A stretch of DNA of 64,000 nucleotides. Source: an uncultured bacterium (GTDB lineage: Bacteria; Hydrothermota; Tepidihabitantia; Tepidihabitantales; Tepidihabitantaceae). Shown piece by piece: positions 34,629 through 43,480 of this stretch. The number at the start of each line of letters is the position of its first letter. Position 1 is the first letter of the stretch. The translations under genes and the position numbers were made by a program. The notes under the pieces were generated by a model, which was not told where the DNA came from, did no database searches, and was given only the letters and a program-made list of their open reading frames with translations. The DNA is taken from assembly GCA_964597845.1 (NCBI GenBank), contig CAZQZR010000003.1, forward strand, positions 3,427-67,426, written 5' to 3'.

Positions 34629-35204
34629 GTGGTAACTGCCAAGAACATCGAAGAGCTGTTCCACGACCAGCTCTCCTCAATCGAAAACGCGGACACTCGC
34701 AAGCAGACAATAGCGACATGGGTCGAGGCGGCGAAGCAGGGCGGCTGGAAATCGGTCGAAGACCTCAAGGCCATGCCCTTCACGCTCCTGACCAAGACCC
34801 ACGGCATCTCGCTGGTAGAACACACGATTGCGGTGACCGAAGGCGCGCTCGCCCTTGCCGACGCCCAGGAGAGCGCCTACTCAACCATGCCCTACAAGGT
34901 GAACATGGACCGCCTGATTGCCGGCGGCCTGCTGCACGACGTCGGCAAACTGCTTGAAACCGAGAAAGACGAGAAAGGCGGATTCCGCAAGAGCCTGAAG
35001 GGCATGTACACGCGCCATCCCATCTCCGGGGCGATTCTTGCTGCCAAGTGCGGCCTGCCCGAAGACATCGTGAACACCATTGCCTGCCATGCAAAGGAAG
35101 GCGAAGGCGCCCCGAAAGTGCTTGAGACCGTGCTCATCCACCAGGCCGACTTCGCCACGTTCGACCCGCTCGTGATGTTGGAGAAGGGCCAGCTCATTCC
35201 CTGA
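34629..35204 (+). CDS. HD-domain protein
   Basis: 191 aa with GGLLHDVGK (HD motif). Confidence 0.7.
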   Translation: MVTAKNIEELFHDQLSSIENADTRKQTIATWVEAAKQGGWKSVEDLKAMPFTLLTKTHGISLVEHTIAVTEGALALADAQESAYSTMPYKVNMDRLIAGGLLHDVGKLLETEKDEKGGFRKSLKGMYTRHPISGAILAAKCGLPEDIVNTIACHAKEGEGAPKVLETVLIHQADFATFDPLVMLEKGQLIP

Positions 35205-35206
35205 CC

Positions 35207-37054
35207 ATGGCGACGATTGTCGAGAGAATAATCGCGGCCCATTCCCCGACCAGGTCGGCTAGGCCCGGCGATATCGTCGAGCTTGGGATTGACGTAAGGG
35301 TCGCGCGCGACTTCGGCGGCGCGAACGTCGTCAAGAACCTCGAAGACTACGGACTCGGTGTGGACGACACGAAGAAGACGTTTTTCACCTTCGACTGCAA
35401 CCCGACCGGCTCAGACCAGAAGTACGCGACGAACCAGCAGGCCTGCCGCATCTTTGCCCGCAACCACGACATCAAGGTCTACGACGTGGACGCCGGCATC
35501 GGCACCCACCTTGCAGTAGACCTCGGGCTGGTCGGTCCGGGCAACACCCTCGTCTCGACCGACTCGCACGCCAATATCCTCGGCGCAATCGGAGCATTCG
35601 GCCAGGGCATGGGCGACCAGGATATCGCCCACGCCTGGGCGTTCGGCAAGGTCTGGTTCGAAGTCCCGGCCACGGTGAAGGTCGAACTGGTCGGCATGCC
35701 GAGGCCGGGCGCCGGCCCCAAGGACGTCGGGCTCGCCCTGCTCCGGCACTTCGGCGCCAATGGCCTGCTCGGCCTTGCCGCTGAAGTCTACGGCGAGTAC
35801 GCGGACAAACTCAGCCTCGCCGGACGCATGACCATATCGTCGCTGGGCACCGAAATGGGTGCAATCATCATCTTCTTCCCACCGAACCAGGCCGTGCTCG
35901 ACTACTGCCGTCTAGCAGGGGCCAGGGGTCAGGGACCAGGGAACGGGGACCAAACCCCGTCCCCCGAACCCAGCACCCCGATCCCCGTCTATTACGCCGA
36001 CCCGAACGCGACCTACGAACGCACCGAGCAAGTCGACATCACCGGTCTCGAACCCCTCATCTCCCGGCCCGGCCACCCCGAAGACGTGGTCACGGTCGCC
36101 TCTATCGCCGGCCGCAAGATTGACTCGGCCTTCATTGGCTCGTGCACCAACGGCCGGATGGAAGACTTGAAAGCCGCTGCCGGAGTACTCAAGGGACGCA
36201 AAGTCGCGCCCGGCGTAGTCCTGAAAATCGTCCCCGCAACCGACGCTATCTGGCAGGAAGCGTTGCGCAGCGGTGTCATCGAGACCTTCAAGAAAGCCGG
36301 TGCGCTGGTCGGCAACGCCGGCTGCGCGGGCTGCGCTGCCGGCCAGATCGGCCAGAACGGCCCGGCCGAGGTCACGGTCTCGACCGGCAACCGGAATTTC
36401 GCCGGCAAGCAGGGCAAAGGCGACGTCTACCTCGCTTCGCCTGAAACCGTAGCCGCATCCGCTGTCGCCGGCGCCATCGTCAACCCCGGCGCGATACCGG
36501 TCAGGCCGGCGCTGTTCAAACCCAAACCCATGTCCCGGTTGTCGCACGAACGCCGCACGCCGCCTCCCGCGCCGATTGTCGTCGAAGGCCGGGTCTGGCT
36601 CATCCCCAGAGACAATATCGACACCGACATGATCTTCCACAACCGGCATATCGCCATAACCGACATTCGCGAAATGGGCCAGTACTGCTTCGGGAATCTA
36701 CCCGGCTGGGAGCACTTCAGCAAGAACGCGCAGCCCGGCGACGTCGTCGTAACCGGCAGGAACTTCGGGGCCGGCTCCTCGCGCCAGCAGGCGGTTGACT
36801 GTCTCAAGAGCCTGAAGGTCGGCCTCGTCATCGCCCGCTCTTTCGGCGCCATCTACTTCCGCAACGCGGTCAACGCCGGGCTCCCGGTGATGGCGGCCGA
36901 CCTCATGGAATCGGGTATGAAGGACGGAGACCGGATTCGGGTGAACATGGCGACCGGTGAGATTGAACTGATGGTAACGGGCGTGAAGGTCCACGGTCGC
37001 CCGTTTCCGCCGGTCCAGCTCGAGATCTACAAGAATGGCGGCCTGCTGGGCTAG
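35207..37054 (+). CDS. aconitase-family hydratase, LeuC-like catalytic domains fused to a LeuD-like swivel domain
   Basis: 615 aa. N-terminal IVERIIAAHS...GDIVELGIDVRVARD and STDSHANI. C-terminal GRVWLIPRDNIDTDMI...GRNFGAGSSRQQA. Low-complexity insert ARGQGPGNGDQTPSPEPSTP. Confidence 0.8.
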   Translation: MATIVERIIAAHSPTRSARPGDIVELGIDVRVARDFGGANVVKNLEDYGLGVDDTKKTFFTFDCNPTGSDQKYATNQQACRIFARNHDIKVYDVDAGIGTHLAVDLGLVGPGNTLVSTDSHANILGAIGAFGQGMGDQDIAHAWAFGKVWFEVPATVKVELVGMPRPGAGPKDVGLALLRHFGANGLLGLAAEVYGEYADKLSLAGRMTISSLGTEMGAIIIFFPPNQAVLDYCRLAGARGQGPGNGDQTPSPEPSTPIPVYYADPNATYERTEQVDITGLEPLISRPGHPEDVVTVASIAGRKIDSAFIGSCTNGRMEDLKAAAGVLKGRKVAPGVVLKIVPATDAIWQEALRSGVIETFKKAGALVGNAGCAGCAAGQIGQNGPAEVTVSTGNRNFAGKQGKGDVYLASPETVAASAVAGAIVNPGAIPVRPALFKPKPMSRLSHERRTPPPAPIVVEGRVWLIPRDNIDTDMIFHNRHIAITDIREMGQYCFGNLPGWEHFSKNAQPGDVVVTGRNFGAGSSRQQAVDCLKSLKVGLVIARSFGAIYFRNAVNAGLPVMAADLMESGMKDGDRIRVNMATGEIELMVTGVKVHGRPFPPVQLEIYKNGGLLG

Positions 37055-37065
37055 CCGTGCGGGCG

Positions 37066-37326
37066 TCAGCGGCCGAGCTTCTTAATTCTCTCCGGCCGGC
37101 GCGCGAGCATGTAGATCAGCGCGCCAATCCAGTGCGTGAACACGATAACCAATGCCCAAATGAGCCGGTCGTTGCCTTCATCGGTCTCGCGCGTCAGCAC
37201 CTCGACCAGCATCCATATCCAGAGCACTGTCCCGGCGACGCCAATCAGCCCGCCGGACAGGCAGATCATCAGCCAAAGCCAGCCCATCGTGCCGGCCACG
37301 AGCACCGCGGGAAAACTACTGTGCAT
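37066..37326 (-). CDS. small membrane protein with PLD-nuclease N-terminal (PLDc_N) domain
   Basis: 86 aa with two TM helices. WIWMLVEVLTRE....WALVIVFTHWIGALIYMLARRP. Confidence 0.7.
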   Translation of the reverse strand: MHSSFPAVLVAGTMGWLWLMICLSGGLIGVAGTVLWIWMLVEVLTRETDEGNDRLIWALVIVFTHWIGALIYMLARRPERIKKLGR

Positions 37327-37335
37327 GAGTACTTC

Positions 37336-37363
37336 AGAATACCCGCGCCTCAGACGGCGTCAA
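37336..37363 (-). promoter_or_regulatory. sigma70-like promoter giving a near-leaderless mRNA
   Basis: Minus strand TTGACG-N16-TATTCT, with 9 nt between the -10 hexamer and the ATG at 37326. Confidence 0.4.
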
Positions 37364-37510
37364 GCCGCACCGGCCGCGAGTTGTCGACCATTCCCGTCAG
37401 CCTTCCATTGTCATCGTTCGTCGTAATCCTCTACCCCGCATTCGCGCTAGCGTCCCCTTTGCTCGGTCCTTTGCCATTTCCACTTTCCACTTTTGCCTTT
37501 GCCTGAACAC

Positions 37511-37538
37511 TTGCCGTCCTCCGGGTTTGCCCTATAAT
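37511..37538 (+). promoter_or_regulatory. sigma70-like promoter upstream of the leuC-like gene
   Basis: TTGCCG-N16-TATAAT about 40 nt upstream of the ATG at 37580 (GAGG RBS). Confidence 0.5.
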
Positions 37539-37579
37539 TGAGCACTGTCTGAAAGACAAGCCAATTGAGTGAGGTTTCT

Positions 37580-38842
37580 ATGCCAATGACGTTTGCCGAA
37601 AGAGTGCTCAGCCGCAAGGCAGGCAAGAAGGCTGTCCGGGCGGGTGAACTCGTCACCTGCAAGCCCGACCGGCTCCTGATGCACGACAATGCCGCGGCCA
37701 TCACCGACAAGGTGGCAAAGGACCTGGCCGAGTTCGGGATCGCGGACCCGGAACAGCCGGTCATCGTCCTCGACCACGTGATTCCGGCCTCAGACGAAAA
37801 GACCGCTACAAGCCACAAGAAGATCCGCGAGTTCGTCCAGAGATACGGCATCAAGCACTTCTTCGACATCGGCACCGGCATCTGCCACCAGGTGATGGTC
37901 GAAAAGGGACTGGTCCTGCCCGGCACGCTCGCAGTCGGTTCGGACTCGCACACCTGCTCCTACGGCGCGGTGAACACGTTTGCCACCGGCGTCGACCGGA
38001 CCGAGGCGGCGTCCCTGCTCCTCACCGGCGAGACATGGTTCAAGGTCCCCGAGACAATCCGCATTACCCTCAAGGGCCGGCTGCCGGAGATGGTGGCGGC
38101 CAAGGACCTCATCCTGACCATCATCGGCAAGATCGGCGCCGACGGCGCGGACTACTGCTCAGTCGAGTTCTGGGGTGACATCGGCAGCCTGACGATTGAC
38201 GACCGGTTCACCATCGCGAACATGGGCGTCGAGATGGGTGCGAAGAACGCTGTCTTCCCGGTGGACGAAATCACGAAGGGCTATCTGCAGGAAGTCGGCG
38301 TGAAGCGCATATCGTGGAACCCCGAGTGGGCGGATGATGGCGCGACCTATCGGCAGGAGCTGACGTGGAACATGGCCGAGGTCGTGCCGGCGATTGCCGT
38401 CCCGCACAAGGTTGACAAGTACAAGCCCGTCACCGAGATGGCCGGCCTGGAGATTCAGCAGTGCCTGATTGGCACGTGCACGAACGGACGGGCGAGCGAC
38501 CTCGCGGTCGCGGCGAGAATACTCTGCGGCAAGAAGGTCTCTCAGAATACGCGGCTGCTGATACTCCCCGCCTCCCGGGCTGAACTCGAGAAGGCACTCG
38601 ACGCCGAGGACATCCAGACCCTTGTTTCTGCCGGCGCGGTCCTGCTGCCCCCAGGCTGCGGGCCGTGCCTCGGCGCGCACCAGGGCTGCCTTGCGCCCGG
38701 CGAGAAGTGCCTTTCGACTGCAAACCGCAACTTCAAAGGCCGGATGGGCTGCAAGGACGCCGAAATCTACCTTGCCTCGCCCGCAACCGTGGCCGCGACC
38801 GCACTCACCGGCAAGATTACTGACCCGCGTGAATTCGCATGA
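37580..38842 (+). CDS. leuC: 3-isopropylmalate dehydratase / homoaconitase large subunit family
   Basis: MTFAERVLSRKAG...ELVTCKPDRLLMHDN, GSDSHTC, CGPCLG, ANRNFKGR (aconitase-family Fe-S ligand region). Substrate assignment is uncertain. Confidence 0.8.
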   Translation: MPMTFAERVLSRKAGKKAVRAGELVTCKPDRLLMHDNAAAITDKVAKDLAEFGIADPEQPVIVLDHVIPASDEKTATSHKKIREFVQRYGIKHFFDIGTGICHQVMVEKGLVLPGTLAVGSDSHTCSYGAVNTFATGVDRTEAASLLLTGETWFKVPETIRITLKGRLPEMVAAKDLILTIIGKIGADGADYCSVEFWGDIGSLTIDDRFTIANMGVEMGAKNAVFPVDEITKGYLQEVGVKRISWNPEWADDGATYRQELTWNMAEVVPAIAVPHKVDKYKPVTEMAGLEIQQCLIGTCTNGRASDLAVAARILCGKKVSQNTRLLILPASRAELEKALDAEDIQTLVSAGAVLLPPGCGPCLGAHQGCLAPGEKCLSTANRNFKGRMGCKDAEIYLASPATVAATALTGKITDPREFA

Positions 38843-38876
38843 CTTTGGACTTGAGACTTTGGACTTAGGACTTAAC

Positions 38877-39404
38877 ATGAAGATATGGGCCTACGGCGAT
38901 GACATCAACACCGACATGCTGTTCCCGGGCAAGTACACTTACACGTGTGCCAAACCGGACGAGATCAAACCGCATCTGCTCGAAGACCTTGACCCTGAGT
39001 TCGCCAAAGCAGTCCAGCCCGGCGACATCATCATCGCGGGCAAGAACTTCGGGTGTGGCTCTTCGCGGGAACAGCCGGTCGTGGGACTCAAAGCGGTCGG
39101 CATCGAAGCGATTGTGGCCAGGAGCTACGCCCGCATCTTCTATCGCGCGGCCATCAACCAGGGCCTGCTGCTGATTGAGTGCCCGGACGCGGTCGCCGCG
39201 TACGCACGGGACATGACTGGAACCGCCGAGGTTCCGGACCGTGTCCCAAGAGTCCAGCTTGACCTGAAACAGAGCACCATCAAGGTCGGTGACCAGACGT
39301 TCAAGTTCCCGACACTGCCCCCGGAAATCCTGGCGATACGTGACGCCGGGGGCCTGCTTGAATACACTCGTGCCCGGCTCCGGGCAAAGAAGGAGGCCAG
39401 ATGA
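38877..39404 (+). CDS. leuD: 3-isopropylmalate dehydratase / homoaconitase small subunit family
   Basis: 175 aa. MKIWAYGDDINTDMLFPGKY...GKNFGCGSSREQP. Start trimmed from the ORF-track 38622. Confidence 0.8.
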   Translation: MKIWAYGDDINTDMLFPGKYTYTCAKPDEIKPHLLEDLDPEFAKAVQPGDIIIAGKNFGCGSSREQPVVGLKAVGIEAIVARSYARIFYRAAINQGLLLIECPDAVAAYARDMTGTAEVPDRVPRVQLDLKQSTIKVGDQTFKFPTLPPEILAIRDAGGLLEYTRARLRAKKEAR

Positions 39405-40792
39405 GCGCACAGTCGAAAGGACGCAAAGCCACGAAAGCACGAAAGCACGAAGAGGAATCCGTTTCTTCTGTTTCGTGTCTTCGTGGCTCAACTCCGGTCG
39501 GTGTTCGTGCATCCCAGGCCGGTCGCCGCGGTCCGGACGTCCGTTCCGACCTTTGGGTCGAACTCGAACTGCGCAAGTCCGGCGGCATCGAACTGAACCT
39601 TAAGAGCAAGGTTGACTTCATGTACGGCGAGGCCAACCGCAAGCTCGTACTCGATACGCTCAAGACCCTCGGAGTCGAGCACGCCCGTGTGGACATCGAA
39701 GACACCGGCGCTCTCCCTTTCGTCATCATGGCCCGACTGGAGACCGCTGTCAGGCGAGCTGCGCTCGCCAAGTCCGAAGTCCAAAGTCAGAAGGCCAAAG
39801 TAGCGGAGGTTCTGCCTGAACCAGGGCCGTCCTTCACGAGGCCTTCGGCGCGCGACCGTTGGCGCCGGTCCCGACTCTACCTGCCCGGCAACGAGCCCAG
39901 GTTCATGATCAATGCCAGAATCCACAAGCCGGACGCGGTCATCCTCGACCTCGAGGATTCGGTTCCGGCTCCGGACAAAGATGCGGCCCTGCTCGTCGTC
40001 CGCAATGCACTCTATGCGCTCGACTTCGGCGACTGCGAGCGTATGGTACGCATCAACCCGCTTCCGGCCGGGCTCGAGGAAGTAGAGCCGCTGGTCCACG
40101 CCGGAGTCAACGTCATTCTCATTCCCAAGTGCGAGTCCGCAGAACAGGTCAAAGCAGTCGACGCCCGCATCTCCTCCGCCCTTTCCTCACTCGCAACCCG
40201 CAACTCGCAACTCGTAACCTACCTGATGCCTATTGTCGAAACCTGCGAAGGCATGTTCAAGGCGCGAGAGATTGCCGGCGCATCGCCGCGCGTCGTCGCG
40301 CTGACCTACGGGCTCGAAGACTACCTGCTCGACCTCGGCGGCATCAAAACAACGGCGGGGCTTGAGAGCCTGTGGGCGCGGTCCCAGGTCGCAAACGCGG
40401 CCAAGGCCGCCGGCATCCAGGCCATCGACACGGTCTTCGCCGACATCGATGACACGGCCGCGCTGCAGGCCAGTTGCCAGGCCGCAAAGGAACTCGGGTT
40501 CGAAGGCAAGGGCTGCATCCACCCGCGCCAGGTCCCGGTCGTAAACGAGGCGTTCTCCCCATCACCCGCGGAAATCGAGAAAGCTCAGCAGATAGTGGTG
40601 GCATTCAAGGAAGCGCAGGCCCGGGGCCGCAACGTCGTCAGCGTTGGTTCGAAGATGATAGACCCGCCGGTCGTGGAACGCGCCCTGCGCACGATCGCAA
40701 TGGCAACGGCAATGGGTTCAGGGGGTCAAGGGTCCTCGGGTTCAGCCCAGACCCCCCGGACCCCGGAACCCCAGAACCCCTCGGAGTCCTAG
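39401..40792 (+). CDS. citE: citrate lyase acyl-carrier (CitD-like) fused to citrate lyase beta / citryl-CoA lyase (CitE-like)
   Basis: ATGA overlap with the leuD-like stop. Residues about 50-120 (DLWVELELRKSGGIELNLKSKVDFMYG...VDIEDTGALPFVIMARLE) are CitD-like. The rest (RSRLYLPGNEPRFM...DAVILDLEDSV) is HpcH/CitE-like. Both termini are encoded by repeat words. Confidence 0.75.
   Translation: MSAQSKGRKATKARKHEEESVSSVSCLRGSTPVGVRASQAGRRGPDVRSDLWVELELRKSGGIELNLKSKVDFMYGEANRKLVLDTLKTLGVEHARVDIEDTGALPFVIMARLETAVRRAALAKSEVQSQKAKVAEVLPEPGPSFTRPSARDRWRRSRLYLPGNEPRFMINARIHKPDAVILDLEDSVPAPDKDAALLVVRNALYALDFGDCERMVRINPLPAGLEEVEPLVHAGVNVILIPKCESAEQVKAVDARISSALSSLATRNSQLVTYLMPIVETCEGMFKAREIAGASPRVVALTYGLEDYLLDLGGIKTTAGLESLWARSQVANAAKAAGIQAIDTVFADIDDTAALQASCQAAKELGFEGKGCIHPRQVPVVNEAFSPSPAEIEKAQQIVVAFKEAQARGRNVVSVGSKMIDPPVVERALRTIAMATAMGSGGQGSSGSAQTPRTPEPQNPSES
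39428..39487. repeat. word-repeat hairpin translated as the N-terminus of the CitD-E fusion
   Basis: GCCACGAAAGCACGAAAGCACGAAGAGGAA-tccg-TTTCTTCTGTTTCGTGTCTTCGTGGC. There is no alternative in-frame start downstream. Confidence 0.7.
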
Positions 40793-42400
40793 ATGCAACT
40801 CGTCAAGAACGCGCTCGGCCGCATGGTCCCGACCGAGGTCAACGGCAAGCCGGCAATCCCATTCCCCGGAGTAGGTAAGCACCGGCCCACCGGCCGCAAG
40901 GCCTGCCCGCAAATCCCGACCTGCCTTGATTACCCGGAAGACGGCAACAAAGTCGTGGCCGACTTGAGGACCGCGATCGAGAAGGCCGGTATCCGCAACG
41001 GCACGACTCTCTCGACCCACCACCACTTCCGCGACGGCGATACACTCCCACTCCAACTCTTCGACCTCTGCGCCGAAATGGGTCTTAAGGACTTGGTCTG
41101 GTATCCTTCGGCCGCCTTCCCGTGCCACGCGCCGATAACCAAACATCTCGACTCCGGCGTCATCCACCACATCGAAGGCAGCTTAAACGGCCCCTTGGGA
41201 GACTACTGCACCCAGGGCAAGATGCGCGGGCTGGGCGTGCTCCGCTCGCACGGCGGCCGTGCCCAGGCGATTCAGGATGGTGAAATCCACATCGACATCG
41301 CGGTTGTCGCCGCGCCGACTGCCGACCAGTTCGGCAACGCCAACGGGGTCCACGGCGACACGGCCTGCGGCGTGCTCGGCTACGCCCCCGCCGACGTAAC
41401 CTATGCCGACCGGACTATCGTAGTCACCGACAACCTGGTCCCCTTCCCGGCAATCCCCATCCAGCTCTCGGGCACGTACGTCGACATGGTCGTACAGCAG
41501 GACCATATCGGCGACCCAAAGAAAATCGTCTCGGGCACGACCCAGATTACGCGCAGCCCGGACCGGCTCTACATCGCCGAACTGACCGCGAAGTTCATCC
41601 GTGACGCCGGCATCATGCGCGACGGGTTCAGCTTCCAGGCGGGCGCCGGCGGCGTCTCGCTCGCCTTCGCCATCTACCTTGCCGACATGATGAAGCAGAA
41701 CGGGGTCAAAGCAGGCTGGCTCCACGGCGGCTCGACCCGGTACCTCGTGAAGATGCTCGAGGACGGCCTTGCGCCCGCGCTGGTTGACGGGCAGGCATTC
41801 GACGAGGACGCAATCCGCTCCATCGCGGTCAACCGCGGCCACATCTCCACCAGCCCCCTGGTCAGCTACAACTTCCACGCCAAAGGCAACTACATCAACC
41901 TGCTCGACGTGGCCGTGCTCGGCGCGACCGAAGTGGACACGAACTTCAACGCCAACGTCGTCACCCATTCGGACGGCCGCCTGCGCCACGGCATCGGCGG
42001 CTGGCAGAACTGCATGTACGCCCGCTGCACGATACTCTCGGTACCCGCCATGCGCGACCGGATGCCGGTCATCGTTGACGAAGTAACCACGCTCTGCGCC
42101 CCGGGCGAACTTGTAGACGTCATCGTCACCGAGCTCGGAATCGCCATCAACCCCAGACGACAGGACCTGCTCGATGCGGTCAAAGGCAAGGGCCTCCCGG
42201 TCCGGCCCATCGAAGACATCAAGGCCGAGGTCGAGCGCATCTGCGGCAAACCGGCCCGTCAGGCGCGCGAAAACGGGGACTGTCCCGCGCCGAGTTCGAC
42301 GCAGGCGCTCCGGGGGACTGTCCCCAGTTTTCGCCGAGTCGTAGCCGTCGTCAAATGGGTTGACGGCACGGTACTCGACTCGGTGTACCAAGTCAGTTAG
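40793..42400 (+). CDS. citF: citrate lyase alpha subunit (citrate CoA-transferase)
   Basis: 535 aa with the ATG directly after the CitE stop. CitF-like length and N-terminus (NALGRMVPTEVNGK...PF.G). C-terminal region interrupted by a palindromic-element variant. Confidence 0.8.
   Translation: MQLVKNALGRMVPTEVNGKPAIPFPGVGKHRPTGRKACPQIPTCLDYPEDGNKVVADLRTAIEKAGIRNGTTLSTHHHFRDGDTLPLQLFDLCAEMGLKDLVWYPSAAFPCHAPITKHLDSGVIHHIEGSLNGPLGDYCTQGKMRGLGVLRSHGGRAQAIQDGEIHIDIAVVAAPTADQFGNANGVHGDTACGVLGYAPADVTYADRTIVVTDNLVPFPAIPIQLSGTYVDMVVQQDHIGDPKKIVSGTTQITRSPDRLYIAELTAKFIRDAGIMRDGFSFQAGAGGVSLAFAIYLADMMKQNGVKAGWLHGGSTRYLVKMLEDGLAPALVDGQAFDEDAIRSIAVNRGHISTSPLVSYNFHAKGNYINLLDVAVLGATEVDTNFNANVVTHSDGRLRHGIGGWQNCMYARCTILSVPAMRDRMPVIVDEVTTLCAPGELVDVIVTELGIAINPRRQDLLDAVKGKGLPVRPIEDIKAEVERICGKPARQARENGDCPAPSSTQALRGTVPSFRRVVAVVKWVDGTVLDSVYQVS
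42275..42325 (+). repeat. palindromic element variant with expanded spacer, in-frame in citF
   Basis: GGGGACTGTCCC-N26-GGGGACTGTCCCC, flanked by the inverted GCGAAAAC / GTTTTCGC. Translated as GDCPAPSSTQALRGTVP. Confidence 0.8.
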
Positions 42401-42712
42401 GAGTTAGCAGTTAGCAGTTAGGAGTTGGCAGACCGCTGACTCCGTCCAGCTCAGGCACAAGCGCAAGCCCTAGGCTGGCTCAAGCGCAAGCTCAAGCACA
42501 AGCTGGCCCGCCGTTTTGGCCTTTGGCTTTTGGCTTCTCCGCCTCCACACTTCTGCGCTCTAGCCTCTAGCTTCTTCACTCTGACTTCGTCTCTTCGATG
42601 CCTTCTTGGTGGACTCCGGTTCGGACTTGGCGATCTTGGCGTCCTTGGCGGTTCAATCTCGGCTTCCGGGTCGGTTTCTGGACTCCTGCCTCCTGCCCGG
42701 TAGAATCCCAGG

Positions 42713-43480
42713 GTGAACAAAGCCTGGCGGCTTCCTATCCGTCTCGTCACGACGATAGTGCTAGTCGGCATCGGTATCCTCGTCATGAACCTGCCCGCCC
42801 TGCTCCGGCGGCAGCGGCTGCCGGCTCTGGGCCTGACCGCCGCGACCACGTTCACAGACTCGGCCAATGTACCTGCGGGAACTCCCCTGCCAGACTCGGC
42901 CGCAGTGATGGTCGCGCTCGGACGCGTGTTTGACCCGGAAATCGGCATCTCCATAGTTGATCTGGGACTCGTGAACTCCCTGCGCATCGACTCTGCCGGC
43001 ACGGTCAAGGCAACCATCATACTCACCACTCCCGAGTGCCCGTATGTGCAGCACCTTGGGGTCCAGGCAACAAAGGAGGTCATCGCGGTCCGGGGGGTAC
43101 GCCGGGTCAGAGTCCGCCTGGACCCGACGCTTCCCTGGGACCCGAGCCGTCTGACACCGGAGGCAAGGGAGCTCTACCGCAAGCGGTTTGGTGGGGGACT
43201 GCCACGGCTCCCCGGGGACTGGCACGGCTTTCCTCCGGGGAAAACCGTGCCTGTACCCAATCCCAGGCAAAACCGTGGCTGTACCACCCCAGAACCGAGA
43301 CAGAAGTTCACCACCAAGACACAAAGACACGAAGGCGGGCGCGGGCGAAGTCAGAGGTCAGATACCAGAAGTCAGAATGCAGAAGTCCGGAGTCCGGGTC
43401 TTGGCGAACTTGGCGTCCTTGGCGGTTCAATATCGGATTCGGGCACCAGCAGCAATGATGATTCTGAAACTGGTCGCTAA
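42713..43480 (+). CDS. DUF59 / Fe-S assembly (MIP18-like) domain protein whose ORF runs on through repeat DNA
   Basis: Core VFDPEIGISIVDLGLV...TTPECPYVQHLG...V.V.L...PWDPSRLTPEA. The last about 90 codons are encoded by hairpin/word repeats. The N-terminus may start later, at MVALG (42908). Confidence 0.6.
   Translation: MNKAWRLPIRLVTTIVLVGIGILVMNLPALLRRQRLPALGLTAATTFTDSANVPAGTPLPDSAAVMVALGRVFDPEIGISIVDLGLVNSLRIDSAGTVKATIILTTPECPYVQHLGVQATKEVIAVRGVRRVRVRLDPTLPWDPSRLTPEARELYRKRFGGGLPRLPGDWHGFPPGKTVPVPNPRQNRGCTTPEPRQKFTTKTQRHEGGRGRSQRSDTRSQNAEVRSPGLGELGVLGGSISDSGTSSNDDSETGR
43190..43450. repeat. composite repeat block (nested inverted repeats plus heptamer arrays)
   Basis: GCCACGG..GGCACGG..CCGTGCC..CCGTGGC nested dyads. 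accaccaagacacaaag paired with cttggcgtccttggcggt. The array gaagtca gaggtca gatacca gaagtca gaatgca gaagtcc ggagtcc lies at 43347-43395. Confidence 0.7.
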
